This document shows, one piece after another, positions 1 to 12,709 of a DNA stretch of 64,000 nt. Where the stretch lies: assembly GCA_010093815.1 (NCBI GenBank), contig ML996573.1. One strand, 5' to 3'. The notes under the pieces are model-generated. The model searched no databases, was not told where the DNA came from, and saw only the letters and a program-made list of their open reading frames with translations. The stretch comes from Pseudovirgaria hyperparasitica (lineage: Eukaryota). Position 1 is the stretch's first letter; each line of letters starts with the position of its first letter. A program made the translations under genes and the position numbers.

Positions 1-3000
1 CTATCGTACTAGGCTTTTCTAAAAGTTTAATATAAAGAGCTTATCTCTATTAGATATAATACTATTAGGTAAACCGTGGTTTACTATAACTACTCGTAGG
101 AATATGTAGACCATTTCTTCTACGTCTATATTCTTTTAATAGAGTATAAAGTAGGCGTACTTCGTGAGTTTATTAACTACTACTAGTATAGTATCGTACT
201 ATACTCGCGAGACTAGTTCTCTTAAGAGTGGTAGATCTATTATAAAATCTATAGAGATTATTTCCTAAGCATATAATGGTAGGGGAATTAGTTAGAGTTC
301 TCCGTATAGTTTATATCTATTAGATTAGCTTTTATTATATAGAACGTAGTTCTATATAACTTCCTTAATAACTTATCTTTCCTTATAAGTCGTATAGTAT
401 CTCTTAAATCTTTTATAAGTTTTTATTTCTTCTTAATGTCTATGCATTAGATCTTTATAGAATTCTTTAATAAAATAGTAGGCCTTATCTCTAGGGATTA
501 TGCTTCTTCCCTCGGGGTCTTTAAGTATAAATTCTTTTTATATTACTATAATATATCGCGTTAGTCTAAGGTTTCTATCTTTAGTAATGTTAGGCACGTA
601 AGGAGCACGTGGCCTGCTAGTTGATTATACATGTGTGCAGCAGTCGTATATAAGTAGTGTGCTCCACCCTTGAAGTAGTAGCTTTAAGATTCGGTCCTTT
701 TGGTGTAGTTGGTTGGTGCGTGGAGCCCGCCTCCTTATAAGTAACCTCTAACATGGCCTATTCTATAGTAGGTTCTTTTCGCTCATATTCTACTTATCGG
801 CTAAGGGCGTTAGCTCTTCCGTTTTCGGATCCTTTATAGTATATAATTTAGATATTAAATTCCGTGAGAAGCTCGTACCAACTAATTTATTTCTTTTATA
901 GTTTCTTCGTTATAGTAAAGGTAGTTAGGTTTTTATAGTTAGTATAGACTTTTACTATATAGCCTAATCTATAGAGATAGCTTCTCTATTTCTTAAGGTA
1001 TTTAATTATAGCGTAAAGTTCTTTTTTATAGATTAGCTAGTTTATTTCTAATCCTCGAAACTTTCGGGAGTGAAATACTATAGAATATCTTTTCCCTTAT
1101 TTATCTATCTAGGTTAACTACCCTCTAATAGCGAATTCTAATACGTCTATCTCGACTTTATAGGGTTTTTCTATTTAATATATCTTTAATACGGGTTCGG
1201 TTATAATAGACTCTTTTAACTATTAAAATACTTATTCTTACTTTAGTCTCTATTTAAATATTATATTTTTCTTTATAAGCTCGTGTAGTAGGGCCGTTTT
1301 TATAGAATAGTTATATATGAATTTTCTATAAAAGTTCATGAATCCGGTAAATCCTTAGATTTCCTTAACTGTCTTAGGTTACTTCTAGTTTTTAATAGCC
1401 TTAATTTTCTTTAGGTCTATTCGTATTTCTCTAGGTATAATCTTAAATTCTAAAAATATAACTTTCTATATATAGAAGACACTCTTCTTTAATTCTACTA
1501 GTAGATTCGCTATCCGTAATTTCTAAAGTACCTTATATATGTATTCTCTATACTCTAATAGGTTTCTTAAGTAAATTAATATATCGTCTAGATAGACTAT
1601 TATAAAGTAGTTAAGGTATTCTCTTAGCACGTCGTTAATTAGTACTTAGAATATAGCTAGTATATTAGTTAGCCTAAATAGTATTACTAGATATTCGTAG
1701 TAGCTATATCGAGTCTAAAAGGCTATTTTCTATTTATCTTCTTCTACTATACGTACGAGGTTATAGACTCCTTATAAGTCTATTATAGTAAAGTACTAAG
1801 CCTCCACGAGTTAGTCCTATAATTTATTAATTTAGGGTAGAGGGTATCTATTTTTAACGGTAATATTATTTAAGTATTAATAGTCTATATAGGGTCATTT
1901 ACTTCTATCTTTCTTTAGTATAAAGAGTATCGGATATTCTATAGGTGATTTAGAGGGTTGGATATATTCTTTTACTTCTATTTTCTCGATATATTATCGC
2001 GTTATTTCTAGTTATTTTTTAGTAAGTTAGTATATGCTTTTAAACGTGGGTGCTATTCCTAGTTAGAGTATTATTATATAATTATATAGGCTACGCTTTA
2101 GTAGTCCCGTCTTAAGTTCTTCTTTAAAGATAATATAATATTAGTAGTATTCCTTCGGTACGAGTGCGTCGTTTATTTTTTAAATCTATTTATCCGTGGG
2201 CGTGCCTTATTATACTACGTGTTTCTTATATAAGGGTCCGCTCTTTATATTACCTTACTTATCGTTAAGCTTCCGAATATAATAGATAGACTTCCCGGTT
2301 ATTAGCGCCTTTACGGGTTTATTAATCTCTACTTCTTCTTTAATAGTTTCTAAGGGTCTTAACGTTCCCTAGGGTATAATTTCCTTGGTTTTCTAGTTAA
2401 TCGTGGGGTTAACTTCTTCGAGCCATAGTATTCCTAGAATTAAGTTATATTATTCTAGCTCCGCTATATCTAGTCATAATTATTAGTATCCTACTATTAA
2501 GACTAAATCTAGAGGTTCTATTTCTAAGTATACTATCCCGTTAGCGTATTCTATATCGAGTTCTTTAAATATAGATAATTTATATAGTTCTTCTTTACTA
2601 TTATAGGGTATTTTTAGTTTATCTACTATAGTTAGAGAGATAAAATTAGACTATACTCCGCTATTAATTAGTACCTTAATAGAGTGTTTTTAATAGAGCT
2701 AAATTTTAAGAGATATTCGTGTTTTATTATCTAAGTTACTAATAGATACGAGAGATTTTCTTTTTAGCTTAGTTATTTCTCTTAGTACGTCCGGCCTTCC
2801 TAGTTTTTTTATAGCTTACTAAGTTCCCGTTCCGTTTCTTATATAAGTTAGATTATAGATTAAACTTATTTCTTAATTTCGTCTAAGTCTACTTAAAGGT
2901 TATACTATATAATAGCCTTAGATATTAGATAGGTTTGGCACGTAACGTCTAGGTATTAGGTATATCGGTTCTCTAGGTAAATCTTATTTTCTACCCATTT

Positions 3001-5197
3001 TAATATAAAGTAGTTTTTATCGGCTTCCTTAGTAATTATTTTATACTATTATATATCTTTATCCTTAAAGGCTTTTAGAATCGCTTAATTTTAATACCGT
3101 CGTAGGAACTATTTCTAGATTCGCTTCTTGTAAAGATAATAAAGATAGTTATTATAGAGATAGGTGACCTAGGAAGTCTTACCGTGTTCCTTATGGTAGG
3201 GTAAAATAAGTTAGTTATCTTCTAGTTAGGTTTCTATATCTCTTAAAGGTGGGTCTCTATTATCCTTACTTATATATTTTCTATAATAATAGATAATATA
3301 GTAGGTGATAGGGTCTTGGTTTATTATTAACTTATTATATAGTTCTTCTATAGTAAGGTTTTCTTCCTTACTATCTTCCTTAATAGTACTTCCTTTAATT
3401 ATTACTTCTTTAGATACCGTTTCTTTAGTTAGTTTAGATCTTCTTATTACTTCTAAGTACTTCTATAGTTCCGTTTTTTCGTGAAGTAATAGGGGTTATT
3501 TACTAGCTATTAAAACGTTTCTTTTCTTTAGATACTAACCTATACTATCTTTTTCTAACTTATACACGAAATAGAGGTCGTTAGTATAACTAGTCTATAA
3601 CATAGCTATATAAGGTACTTCTTCTTTTTCTATAGCGAAGTTTCCTCGTCTTAGTACTAGGTCTTTAATCTAATTTTTCTTATTCTTATTTTTTGGGTAT
3701 TCGCGGGCGTAGTATCTCTTTTCTTTATAGTAGAGATACTTACCTTCCTTCTTTAGTTACTCCCTTTCTTTATTAGATAGACGTTTTATCTATAAGGCGC
3801 TAAGCTCTATAGATACGGGTCTATTATAGAATCCCTTATATAAGTAGTTTAGGGCTCTATTAATATAGCCCTTTCTTATATCTTATTTAAGTACGGGTTA
3901 AAAGATCTTTTTCCCTCTTTTCTCGTAGCGTCTCTCGTATAGTTAGTTATTAATCTAGACTACTAGCTTAATATACTCCTAAAGGTCGGTAGAACGGTCT
4001 CTCTCTCTAGAGATTTCGTCCTTAACGTCGTTATATAGTCTAGTATAGAACTAAAGAATCAGGGGTTCATCGTTCTATCCTAGCTAACTAGAGATTTATT
4101 AGAATTTAGAGACGTAGTTAGACGCGGATTTTATCTAGACTATTTACTAGATCCGTCTCTTAGCTATTCTTTATTTATCTATATCTCTAAAAGTTATCTT
4201 AATATGTTTCTCGAATTCTTCGAAGCGTTTAAAGACCTTAGTAGTATCATTCTATTAATCCTATAGATTATTTTCTATAAAGTCCCTTAAGTAGAGTTCG
4301 AACTAAGCGAGTGCGTCTCCCTTTAGTAGTCTAGCGGTAAATATAACTTATTCTTCTAGGTCCTGAATTTAATAGGCCTAGAGGTATATTCTAATCTACG
4401 TTAGAAATCCTTAGAGTTCGCTTCGCTTACCTTTAAAAGGTTCCGGGATTTTTCTTTTAAAGTTCTCTTTAGCTTTTCTAAGTTTAACGTTTTCCCTTCG
4501 GAGCTCCGTGACTTACTCCTCTAATTCTATAATAAGATATCTAACTTATTCTATAGTCGGTGCTCGTGGGGTGGTTTACGAAGATAAGGACTATCCGTCG
4601 TTTACCATTTTATATTTAAATAGATAGCGTGAATACTTACTTCGGAGTCTAAGTAGAAGTAATTAAACTATAATAAACCTTCTCTAATAAGGATGCGGCT
4701 TATCCCTAAAGTAGTCCGTTCTATAGAGTGTCCCGGCTTTTCTAAAGATAAAGGTACTTAGAAGGCTTAGAGAAGTATAAGTAGGTTTATAGTAAGTATT
4801 AATAGGGTATAAATAGTAACTAGCTAGTAGGCGAGTGAAGTAGTAATTATATCGGTATAAGTTTAAATTAATTACTATAGAACTATTTCTAGAGATCGGG
4901 TCTAAAGGGTCTATATAGTTCTACTAAGGTCCTCTAATTAGAATACTTATTCTAAGTATTTAGTACGTTACTTAGAATACTAATATTCTATTTCTAATTA
5001 CCTAGTAGACTACTTAGAATACCTATTCTAAGTACCTATGATTAGCTCTCCCTATAGGTGTCTATCTCGGCCTTAGGTTACTACCTAAGGCTACCTATTA
5101 TATTATAGGCACCTCTTCTACGTGCTATGCTATTTCTTACGCTACTCGTGCTAGAGTCTACGTATCCCCCTATGGCTCTAGCTAGTAATTTATTATA
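1..5197 (-). mobile_element. RIP-inactivated Ty3/gypsy LTR retrotransposon (5' LTR-gag-PR-RT-RNaseH-IN), running off the left edge
   Basis: Minus-strand translation with RIP changes reversed by eye: gag ATG about 4608, CCHC knuckle (KCLYCKEKGHYAREC-like) about 3697-3740, protease LIDSGA.SNFIS-like about 2635-2670, RT KTAFRTRYG.YEYLVMPFGLTNAP..FQ and intact YLDD at 1583-1594, integrase KPYGELQ..P.P..W..IS.DF..DLP about 225-315. RT-RH-IN order is gypsy. CpA/TpG depleted, TpA enriched, many stops. Confidence 0.95.
4669..5197 (-). repeat. 5' LTR of the gypsy element (about 530 bp)
   Basis: Bounded by the 8-bp inverted repeat TATAATAA...TTATTATA, consistent with a RIP-converted TGTAAC...GTTACA end; lies about 60 bp upstream of the gag ATG. 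Confidence 0.7.
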
Positions 5198-5361
5198 GAG
5201 ACTCCTTAAGTTCTTATTTCTTTATAAGGAGTTTCGCGCGTTCTATCTATTCTTTAAGGGTTTAGATCTCTTAGACCTAATTTATAATGTATTTCTAAAG
5301 TTTAGTAATAGTTTATTATAATACCTTACGTGGCTCTGCCACGACTTATTATCTAGCTTTA

Positions 5362-5817
5362 TATTATTAGAAGTTACTTAGTATATCTACTATTTCTTTA
5401 TCTAAAAGCTCCGTGATTTAGTCTAATATCTCTATTTCTTAATTAGGAACGGCTAGAATTAATACTAATTATAGAGAATCCCTATTATTTAATATAGTAT
5501 TACTTATCCCTATAGTAGATTATATTAACCTTCTTAGTTCTAGTTAGACTATCTTAACTATAGTACTATATAGAGAGTAATTTAAATATAAGAATAGGGT
5601 TATTAGATAGTAGTATAGTTAGATAGAATAATAGAGTATATTCCGTTATAGAATAAATTACTACTAAACCCTTTTAGTAGAAATCTAAGAGTATATATAT
5701 AAAGGGACGCCGATCTATTTAGTACGTAACTATTTACTACCTATTACGCTACCTTCTAATTAAGTTAGCTAAGGTATATACGGATATAGTCGTGTCTAAG
5801 GCTAGGTTCTAATAATA
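5362..5817. repeat. Probable pair of RIP-mutated copia-type solo LTR fragments in opposite orientations
   Basis: TATTATTAGAAG at 5362 (+) and TATTATTAGAAC at 5817 (-) match the RIP form of the LTR start TGTTATTGGAAG at 6848. Internal ends not resolved. Confidence 0.5.
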
Positions 5818-6530
5818 TCTTTCTAATATAATTAGAAGAAATCATTAATTAAGAACGGTAGCTTATATATATATAGCTAATTAGGTTACTTAATTACCTT
5901 ATTACTAGTACGCGTCTAGATCTTACTTTTATAGTAGATATATATACGATATTTAATATAAATCCGTTGGCGTAATATATATAGATTACCTTTAGTCTAT
6001 TATACTATCTTAAGTATACTATTAATTAATACCTTATACTAAAGAAGTTAAAAGATACTATAGAAATTAATATGTTCTTAGATATCTTCTAGGGTTTAGA
6101 CCTTAATACTATAAAGTCTATCTCTAGATATATACTTTAATTAAATAGAAGTTTAGTAGCCTAGAATAGTAAAAGGTAATTTTATATTACTAAGTCAACC
6201 TATAAAGTAGAGTATATAGCCTATTTAAAGGCTATAAGTTACTTATAGTAGACTCTACTAGGTATAAAAGAGATCTTTATAAGTTATAATATTCTAGTTC
6301 TCTATCTTCTTATGGATAATTAAGCTACTATAGCCCTTATCTAAAACTAATAAATCACGGTATAGTCTAAATATATAGCTATATATTATTATATAGTCCG
6401 CAAATTATTTACTAATAGAGTTATATCTATATAGTATATTATAAGTTATAATAATATTACTAATATAGGAATAAAAGGACTACCCTTACTACTACTAGAT
6501 TAAATAAAGATAATAATTAGTTTATAATAG

Positions 6531-6726
6531 AGTTATTTCTCTCTTAGTTATTTCTCTCTTAGTTATTTCTCTCTTAGTTATTTCTCTCTTAGTTATTTCT
6601 CTCTTAGTTATTTCTCTCTTAGTNNNNNNNNNNAGTTATTTCTCTCTTAGTTATTTCTCTCTTAGTTATTTCTCTCTTAGTTATTTCTCTCTTAGTTATT
6701 TCTCTCTTAGTTATTTCTCTCTTAGT
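6531..6726 (+). repeat. 15-bp tandem repeat (AGTTATTTCTCTCTT)n, at least 12 copies, spanning an assembly gap (N at 6624-6633)
   Basis: Six perfect copies on each side of the N run; lies between the end of copia pol and the PPT. Confidence 0.97.
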
Positions 6727-6847
6727 CGTTTCTCTTATAGTTATATCTCTTCTTTATTCTTCTTAGTACTATCTCTTACTATTACTCTTTTAAGCTTTCC
6801 TTTATTTAAATATTACTAAGTATATATATATACTTAGTATAGGGGAG

Positions 6848-7018
6848 TGTTATTGGAAGGTACTTTAAGTAAGGAATACTATTTCCTAAACGGGACTAGT
6901 GTCTAAACGGTTAAATAGCTTCGACTCTGTCTCCCAGAACTTAGTTCTTTACACACACAATTACAGAATACATTCAATGACCTCAATTACGTCTACTTTC
7001 TACTTGTAATAACTGTCA
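6848..7018 (+). repeat. 3' LTR of the copia element (right end approximate)
   Basis: Begins TGTTATTGG right after the PPT; a plausible CA end at 7018 coincides with the apparent loss of GST-like coding sense. Confidence 0.6.
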
Positions 7019-7362
7019 TGAGCTCGCGCTCGTGCATCAGATCCTGATAGCGCTCGACCATGATCATGGAACACGTCCTCAAGATACTCAAGGATCGACA
7101 TCGATTCATGAATCACCACGTCCTGTTCTCCTGGCTCGGCGGCGTGGACTACCATGCAGGGCCATGATCCGGCTGGTTTCTCGGGCACAGGTTCGTGGAC
7201 GCTTACGATGCCTCCAGTTGACAGGTCGAGCTTGTAGTCGACGATTTTGAGATGTGCATCGAGAATATGTGGCGGGATGTTTTTCGCTTTGAGATACAGG
7301 GTCACACGTCTAGGGAATAGACCTTCCGGCCAAGTAAAAAGTGTCATTGAAGGGACAGTCAT
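7000..7362 (-). pseudogene. Glutathione S-transferase, N-terminal thioredoxin-like domain only, truncated by the LTR
   Basis: Motifs TLFTWPEGLFPRRV.LYL..K, KP.GSWP.M, I.ES.SILEYLE and linker LSGSDARARA; the helical C-terminal domain is absent and the frame stops inside LTR sequence. Confidence 0.8.
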
Positions 7363-7914
7363 GTTGAAGGAATCTTGCGCGAATTTAGAGGCTGGAGACG
7401 AGATTTCTCAATCAACATCAGATGCGTCTATAGCAGTTTATATATTGTCTTTTCATAGTTGCTCGTAAGTCTCCGTTAATTCTGCATTGTACGTACCGAT
7501 ATGGAGACTTAAATTATTTACATGAGAAGTGCCAATCACAAGTCGCCGAAGCTAACAAAACAACAAATCTAGAGGATCGCGAGTTGGAAAGCATCATTGA
7601 GTACCTTGATTAACATGAAGTAAGTTTCCAGGCGCTATGAGGCCCAAACAGAGTTGAATACGAATGAAACAGTATGAAGGTTCAATGCGCTGCTCAGGCC
7701 TTAGGCGACAAAAAGGGACCTAAGCGTCTGAGACGAGCACGGACGCGTCGAGTGTAAGCTGCACGTTGAGGTCGTCGCCAACAAGCCCTTTCATCAAACT
7801 ACAAACTCATTGCAAGCTTAGGGTCATCGTCCCAGCTCTGATTCCTGGCTGGCCTATTCTGATGACAATGTGAAACCGTCCATCGCTACCGTAGCCTGAT
7901 ATTCTCATATCGCG

Positions 7915-8648
7915 ATGTCACGACCCGCGGTAACGAGCCGGAAATCGGCTAAAAGCGAATACATTGAGACCGTAAGTGGAAAAGAAACAGCACATCGTGT
8001 GCGACATAATACTGACCGTCCAGCAGGATTCACTGAATAAAGTGTCGCGTCGCACTTGCATCTCGGGCACAGCCAACATTACTCTCGCCGGCCGAACAGT
8101 CGTCCAAGCTGACGTGCATCTTCGTGGAGATCTTCATCGCCTGAATCACCCAACTGCACAACAACCTACCACGACGAAACCAGCATCAGTTGGCCCAAGC
8201 ATCTCTGTTGGAAAATGTGTTGTGGTGAGCTCGGGATCAGTCTTGCGTCCGCCGAGCAGAGTCAGCAGAGGCATTGTCCAGTTCTATCCGATGAAGGTCG
8301 GCGACCACGTCTTTATAGGTACTGGCCAGCAATGATGGTGGATATGACACGGAGCTTACTTCGTCAGGTTCGAATACGCATGTTTCATCTATCAGCATCG
8401 CATCTCACGTTCACATCTCCGAAAATTGCATACTGCACCCATTCAGCATCATTAATCAAAATGTTAAGATATTACCGAATACGATTGTCCCCGGGCAGAT
8501 GGTAGTCCCCGCCAATTCGATGATCGGCGGTCAGCCAGCTCGAGTGGTTGGTGAAGTTGGAGAAGGGTGGGGGGTGAGTACAGGGGGTGCTGGTGGCGAA
8601 TGGGTCGAGGGTGGAGAGCTCAGAGAGCTTGTTCGAAGCATCAGGTAG
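7915..8648 (+). CDS. DCTN5: Dynactin subunit 5 (p25), left-handed beta-helix protein; 3 exons
   Basis: Spliced (introns 7972-8026, 8319-8368): KSEYIETDSLNKVSRR..I.G..NI.L.G.TVVQ....LRGDL...VLRPP...YPMKVGDHVFIG...KILPNTIVP..MVVP...GGQPARVVGEV. Confidence 0.92.
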
Positions 8649-10406
8649 CCTGGTGAGACATGGTACATCCCAAGTCGAACTCATACTTTCATGATAGGGT
8701 TTCATCTGACTGGTATCAGACCGCAGGTGCATCATGACCCACAGCCTGACGATCAGACATAACGGTAATATCTCACAGGTGGTAAGTCACGTGAGCCGTT
8801 CTGACGTACTCTTGACGCGAACCTCGCCACAAACTCCAAAGTTCGAGATTGCATATACATGTATATATATACCACACTTTCAGGTCTTTGTTGTCTTTGT
8901 TTCAGCAACACGGCCTTTCTTCCTGGGGAAACAGCGGTCCGTATCGCTGGTCTTGGCTAAATTCGTAATTAGCTTCGACATAGCCCAGTTGACACCTGTC
9001 TAAGCAGATGAATCGCTCCATCGACAAAGTATTCTAATATACTGACTTCGGTTTTGGCATACACGCCAACACTGGAAATACCTAGAGGGTCGCCCATGAT
9101 GCGGCTGCAAAAGAGCAATACGAGAAGTGTATCTAATAAGAGGCTTGAAGTGAGACTTGAAGTGGCGCTTGAAAATGCAACTCGAACCAAAATTAAGTCT
9201 GACCCAGATTCATTATCTAACAGCCTTCTCTCTCGCGCCGCAAGTGTCAGGCTGTTCATTTAAGATGAGATACATGCGATAAAACTAAATTAATCCGCTC
9301 GAGTCCAGATGCAACATACGGGGAAGCTCTCCATATGAATCGTTCTATTGATTGTTCTCGCACTGCAATATTCACTCTCAACAGGATTTCAAAAGATACA
9401 ACCGTACTTGAAAACCAGGTATTATACTTCCAGCTGGTCACAAGCACTGGAGCGCAGGAATTCCACCGAACCCTGCAAAACCCCTGACTCGTCCTCGGAG
9501 GGTCCAAAGCTCTTCACATTCTAATGACCATTGGACAACATCCATGTACACTGTATACCTTGTATCCTGCGCTATACACTTCCAAGCTGATGGTGATCGG
9601 CGGAGGAAAGTTGGGCTTGAACGTGTGCTGGCAAGCCGTAGACACAACATTGATTCACGCACACGCATACGAAGACCATCGTCCAAGAGCAACGTCCGCG
9701 GTTTGCGTTGGTCCATCTGAGAGTAGCCGCATTCATGGTTATGGCAGAGTCGTTCTGATGCGTAGAAATGATTCGGATCACCCATTTCGCTTCGATGTAG
9801 CTTCTTTCAAGGCGCCCTGAAACTTAGATACATGGCTTGGTTGGTAACCGGAAGATGTTGTATCTTTGACAGTATGAGATATCGAGAAGACACAACGTCC
9901 TAAGTATTCAGTGTAACTTTGTGGGTTCTCCTACAGGCTTTCTTATCTCCAGGGAATCTGGATAATCGAACAAGGCTTGCAGCTCCTGAACAAGGGTGTA
10001 AGCATCTTCCAATGGGCTGATTTACGAGCGTGGCAAGATGCATTTGCGTGGATACTCCCGCAATTGCTACTGGAGCACCATCACCTGCCCAGGGAGGATC
10101 AGGCGATAAAGTTCCCTGGCAGTCCAGCCTGACTACTCGATCTCATGGTGGCAAAACTGAGAAATCGTTATATTGAGAATTACGTTTCTCAGACATCGAA
10201 ATCTCAAGAGAAATTCAAGAACTTGACAGTCCGCCAGACAGGGTAGGTCTCCATCGTGAGCACGAGCGCGCTGTTGGCACAGATGCATTCATTTCATTGG
10301 TGGAGTCGAATTCCGGAGTCAGGTCCGCCCTCAATGATGTGCTGCTATCTTTCTCTATCCAGCCACGCCAACCCTACGCCAAACTCCGAATCCACCCACA
10401 TAATCA

Positions 10407-12709
10407 ATGGCGCCGACTCGTCCTTTAAAGCCGCTCCTGCCTCTTCCCGCTGGGATGTCGGCTGCTGCAGCATCTTCATCTTCCACTACTACCAGAACGA
10501 CGACGCCGTCAAATACAGCAGTTAGAGCCAGGCGTGGACATATCACCCACAGCGCCTGCAGAAACTGTTCCGAGAAGAAGTCAAAGGTATTTTGAGACCT
10601 TTGACAGTATCGTGTCTCAACTTCTCTTTCAATTCTATACATCTTCGCTGTCGACTAACTCTACTGGCGATAGTGCGATGGCGCTCGTCCCATATGTGGC
10701 AATTGCGAGTCGAAGAACGCCACCTGTGTATACGAAGTAGCACAAGGACAGACCAGGACAACAGCTCTGAGAGAGCAAGTGAGGGAGTTAGAGGAGAAGG
10801 GACGTGATTTGGAGGAGAAAGTGCAAGGTCTCGAAGAACACCTCAATGGCATCTTGTCTACCCCTAATAACGAGGCGATTGCGTATTTGGAAGCCCTCAC
10901 AACCAAATTAAGCGCCAGTAATTCCCATACACACACGCAAAGGACCAGTTCCTCGCTGGAACAAGTCAGCACGAGAAATGTAACTACCGACGTCTCACAA
11001 GGCCGACATGTACGCCTGTGTTCCAGCATCTGGGCCACATTACCAGAATCGCGCACCATTACCGACTGTGCCATGGTGTTTTGTCGGACCATCACTGCTC
11101 TGGAAAGATACGGAGCGACAATACAGCACGTCGAAGGCCTTTGCTCGCAACTTGTGGACGGGCTCACTGAGCCTCATCTTCTTGGGGAGATCTGTGCATT
11201 TGCGGCTGTTGGGGCCAGATATTCAGGAAACCTGGTGTATCAAGCAATTGCGGATGACTTGTATGGTGTATCGAATGTCCTATTTACGGGGCTCGCAGAT
11301 CAGCAGCCGGAGACAGCACTTCGTATGAGTGTCCTTTTAGCTGTATTCGCCGTTCCCGACAGACGCAAGGCTGCCATGGGTTTCGTAGGCAAGTGTTATC
11401 ACCTCAGCATATTAAACACCTTTAACGATAAATCTGGAACACAGAATTCGGCATAAGCCTGGCACGTGGCAACGAGTTCGCAACTCGATCGGACATTCGC
11501 AAAGCCTATAATACACTATTATATATTAAAAAGTGAGAAGATCATATTCCGCTTCAGTTATTGAAGTAACAAGCACACAGCTGGCTAGCGATAGCGCTAG
11601 AACTTCCGAACGCAGACAAGATCCCTCTGAGAGATGAGCAGGTATGCTATCGAAAATATGAAGAGAAACCCGAAATGCTGATATCACCAGGAGCAGCCAG
11701 CCATTATTATGCAAAGACGCACAGTAGACGATATTGTTCAGCTTGAGGTTGCCAAGTTGTCTGCAATCACGACTCATATACAAAAGTGTTTATACGCCGA
11801 TCTACCACACCTCGTAGTCAGCTATAGGAATAGCCTAGCAGAGTGGTACGATCATCTGGCGAAGACATATGGCCCTAAATTTAGCCTTGCTCGAACACTT
11901 GAAGTTGATGAGTCTGAGGCTGGCATCCTATACCTTCACTTAGTCTTCTTTGGTGGACAGTTACTGCTATATCGTCGCTTGATGCTCTTTGGCTTAGATT
12001 ACGAGCCAATCGATGAGAGAACCTTCGGCCTGATCCCAAAGGATATCTACCACGAAGGCGCATTCACCGCACAGCAAGTGGTCAGTAAACTCGAGCAGTT
12101 GTACCAGTGTAATTCTCTCTACTATGGCCGAACATGGCTCTGCATGTAAGCATGCTCTTTTCCTAGCCCTCTTCTCTTATCCACTAACACACACACTCAA
12201 GATTCACCGCGTACACGTCCTGTGCAACCCTTGTCTGCGGCGCAGTCTTCCAAATCCTCAACGGCGGCATCGACGACCCCGATACCAAGTCCGACCTTAT
12301 GGGCATTCTAGCCCACGCCGAATCCGCCCTTCGCATCCTACACACTGCACCACAGACAGACGCACTTCTGATGTGCTTTCACTCCACGTTGGCGCCATAT
12401 GTTGCGCTGGTTCAAAGCGTCCTGCACTACAACGACCACGTGAACACCATCGGTTTCCCGGGTCCGGTTGTCCCCTTCCCGGTCGTTCCGCCCTTGGGCG
12501 AAGGCCCCCTGCACGTCGCCGCCCGAGACCTGGTCTGCATCGTATGCAGACCGTTCAACATACCGGGATTTCCCACGACGCCGGTAGATCTGGGGAGCCC
12601 GGACGAGGCGGGTATGGGCATTCTGCTGGACTGGGACAGCGAGGTGAAGATTGCGGAAGCGCATGTGGCGCGGTTTGGACCGCCGATGTTGGCATTTTCG
12701 GCCACCTAG
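10407..12709 (+). CDS. Zn(II)2Cys6 transcription factor; 6 exons, one GC-AG intron
   Basis: ACRNCSEKKSK|CDGARPICGNCESKNATCVY across intron 10587-10673, then a coiled coil. Introns 11389-11444 (GC-AG), 11533-11580, about 11642-11689 and about 12146-12201 give one continuous frame to TAG 12709. Confidence 0.85.

Larger units (their letters stand above)
5818..7018 (+). mobile_element. RIP-inactivated Ty1/copia retrotransposon, 3' part (RT C-terminus, RNaseH, PPT, 3' LTR)
   Basis: De-RIPped motifs Y.QLIGSLNYL...TRPDL.F.V (about 5868-5937), FSD..WG.D.DT.KS.SGY...L.G..VAW.SKRQ..VAKST.EAEY.A (about 6073-6220), DNQAAIAL and SKHI..HYH.VR; polypurine tract AGGGGAG at 6841-6847 directly followed by TG at 6848. 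Confidence 0.92.

Noticed and set aside
6531..6726. CRISPR array or telomeric repeat
   Set aside because: Head-to-tail 15-mers with no spacers in a eukaryotic retroelement; not TTAGGG-like.
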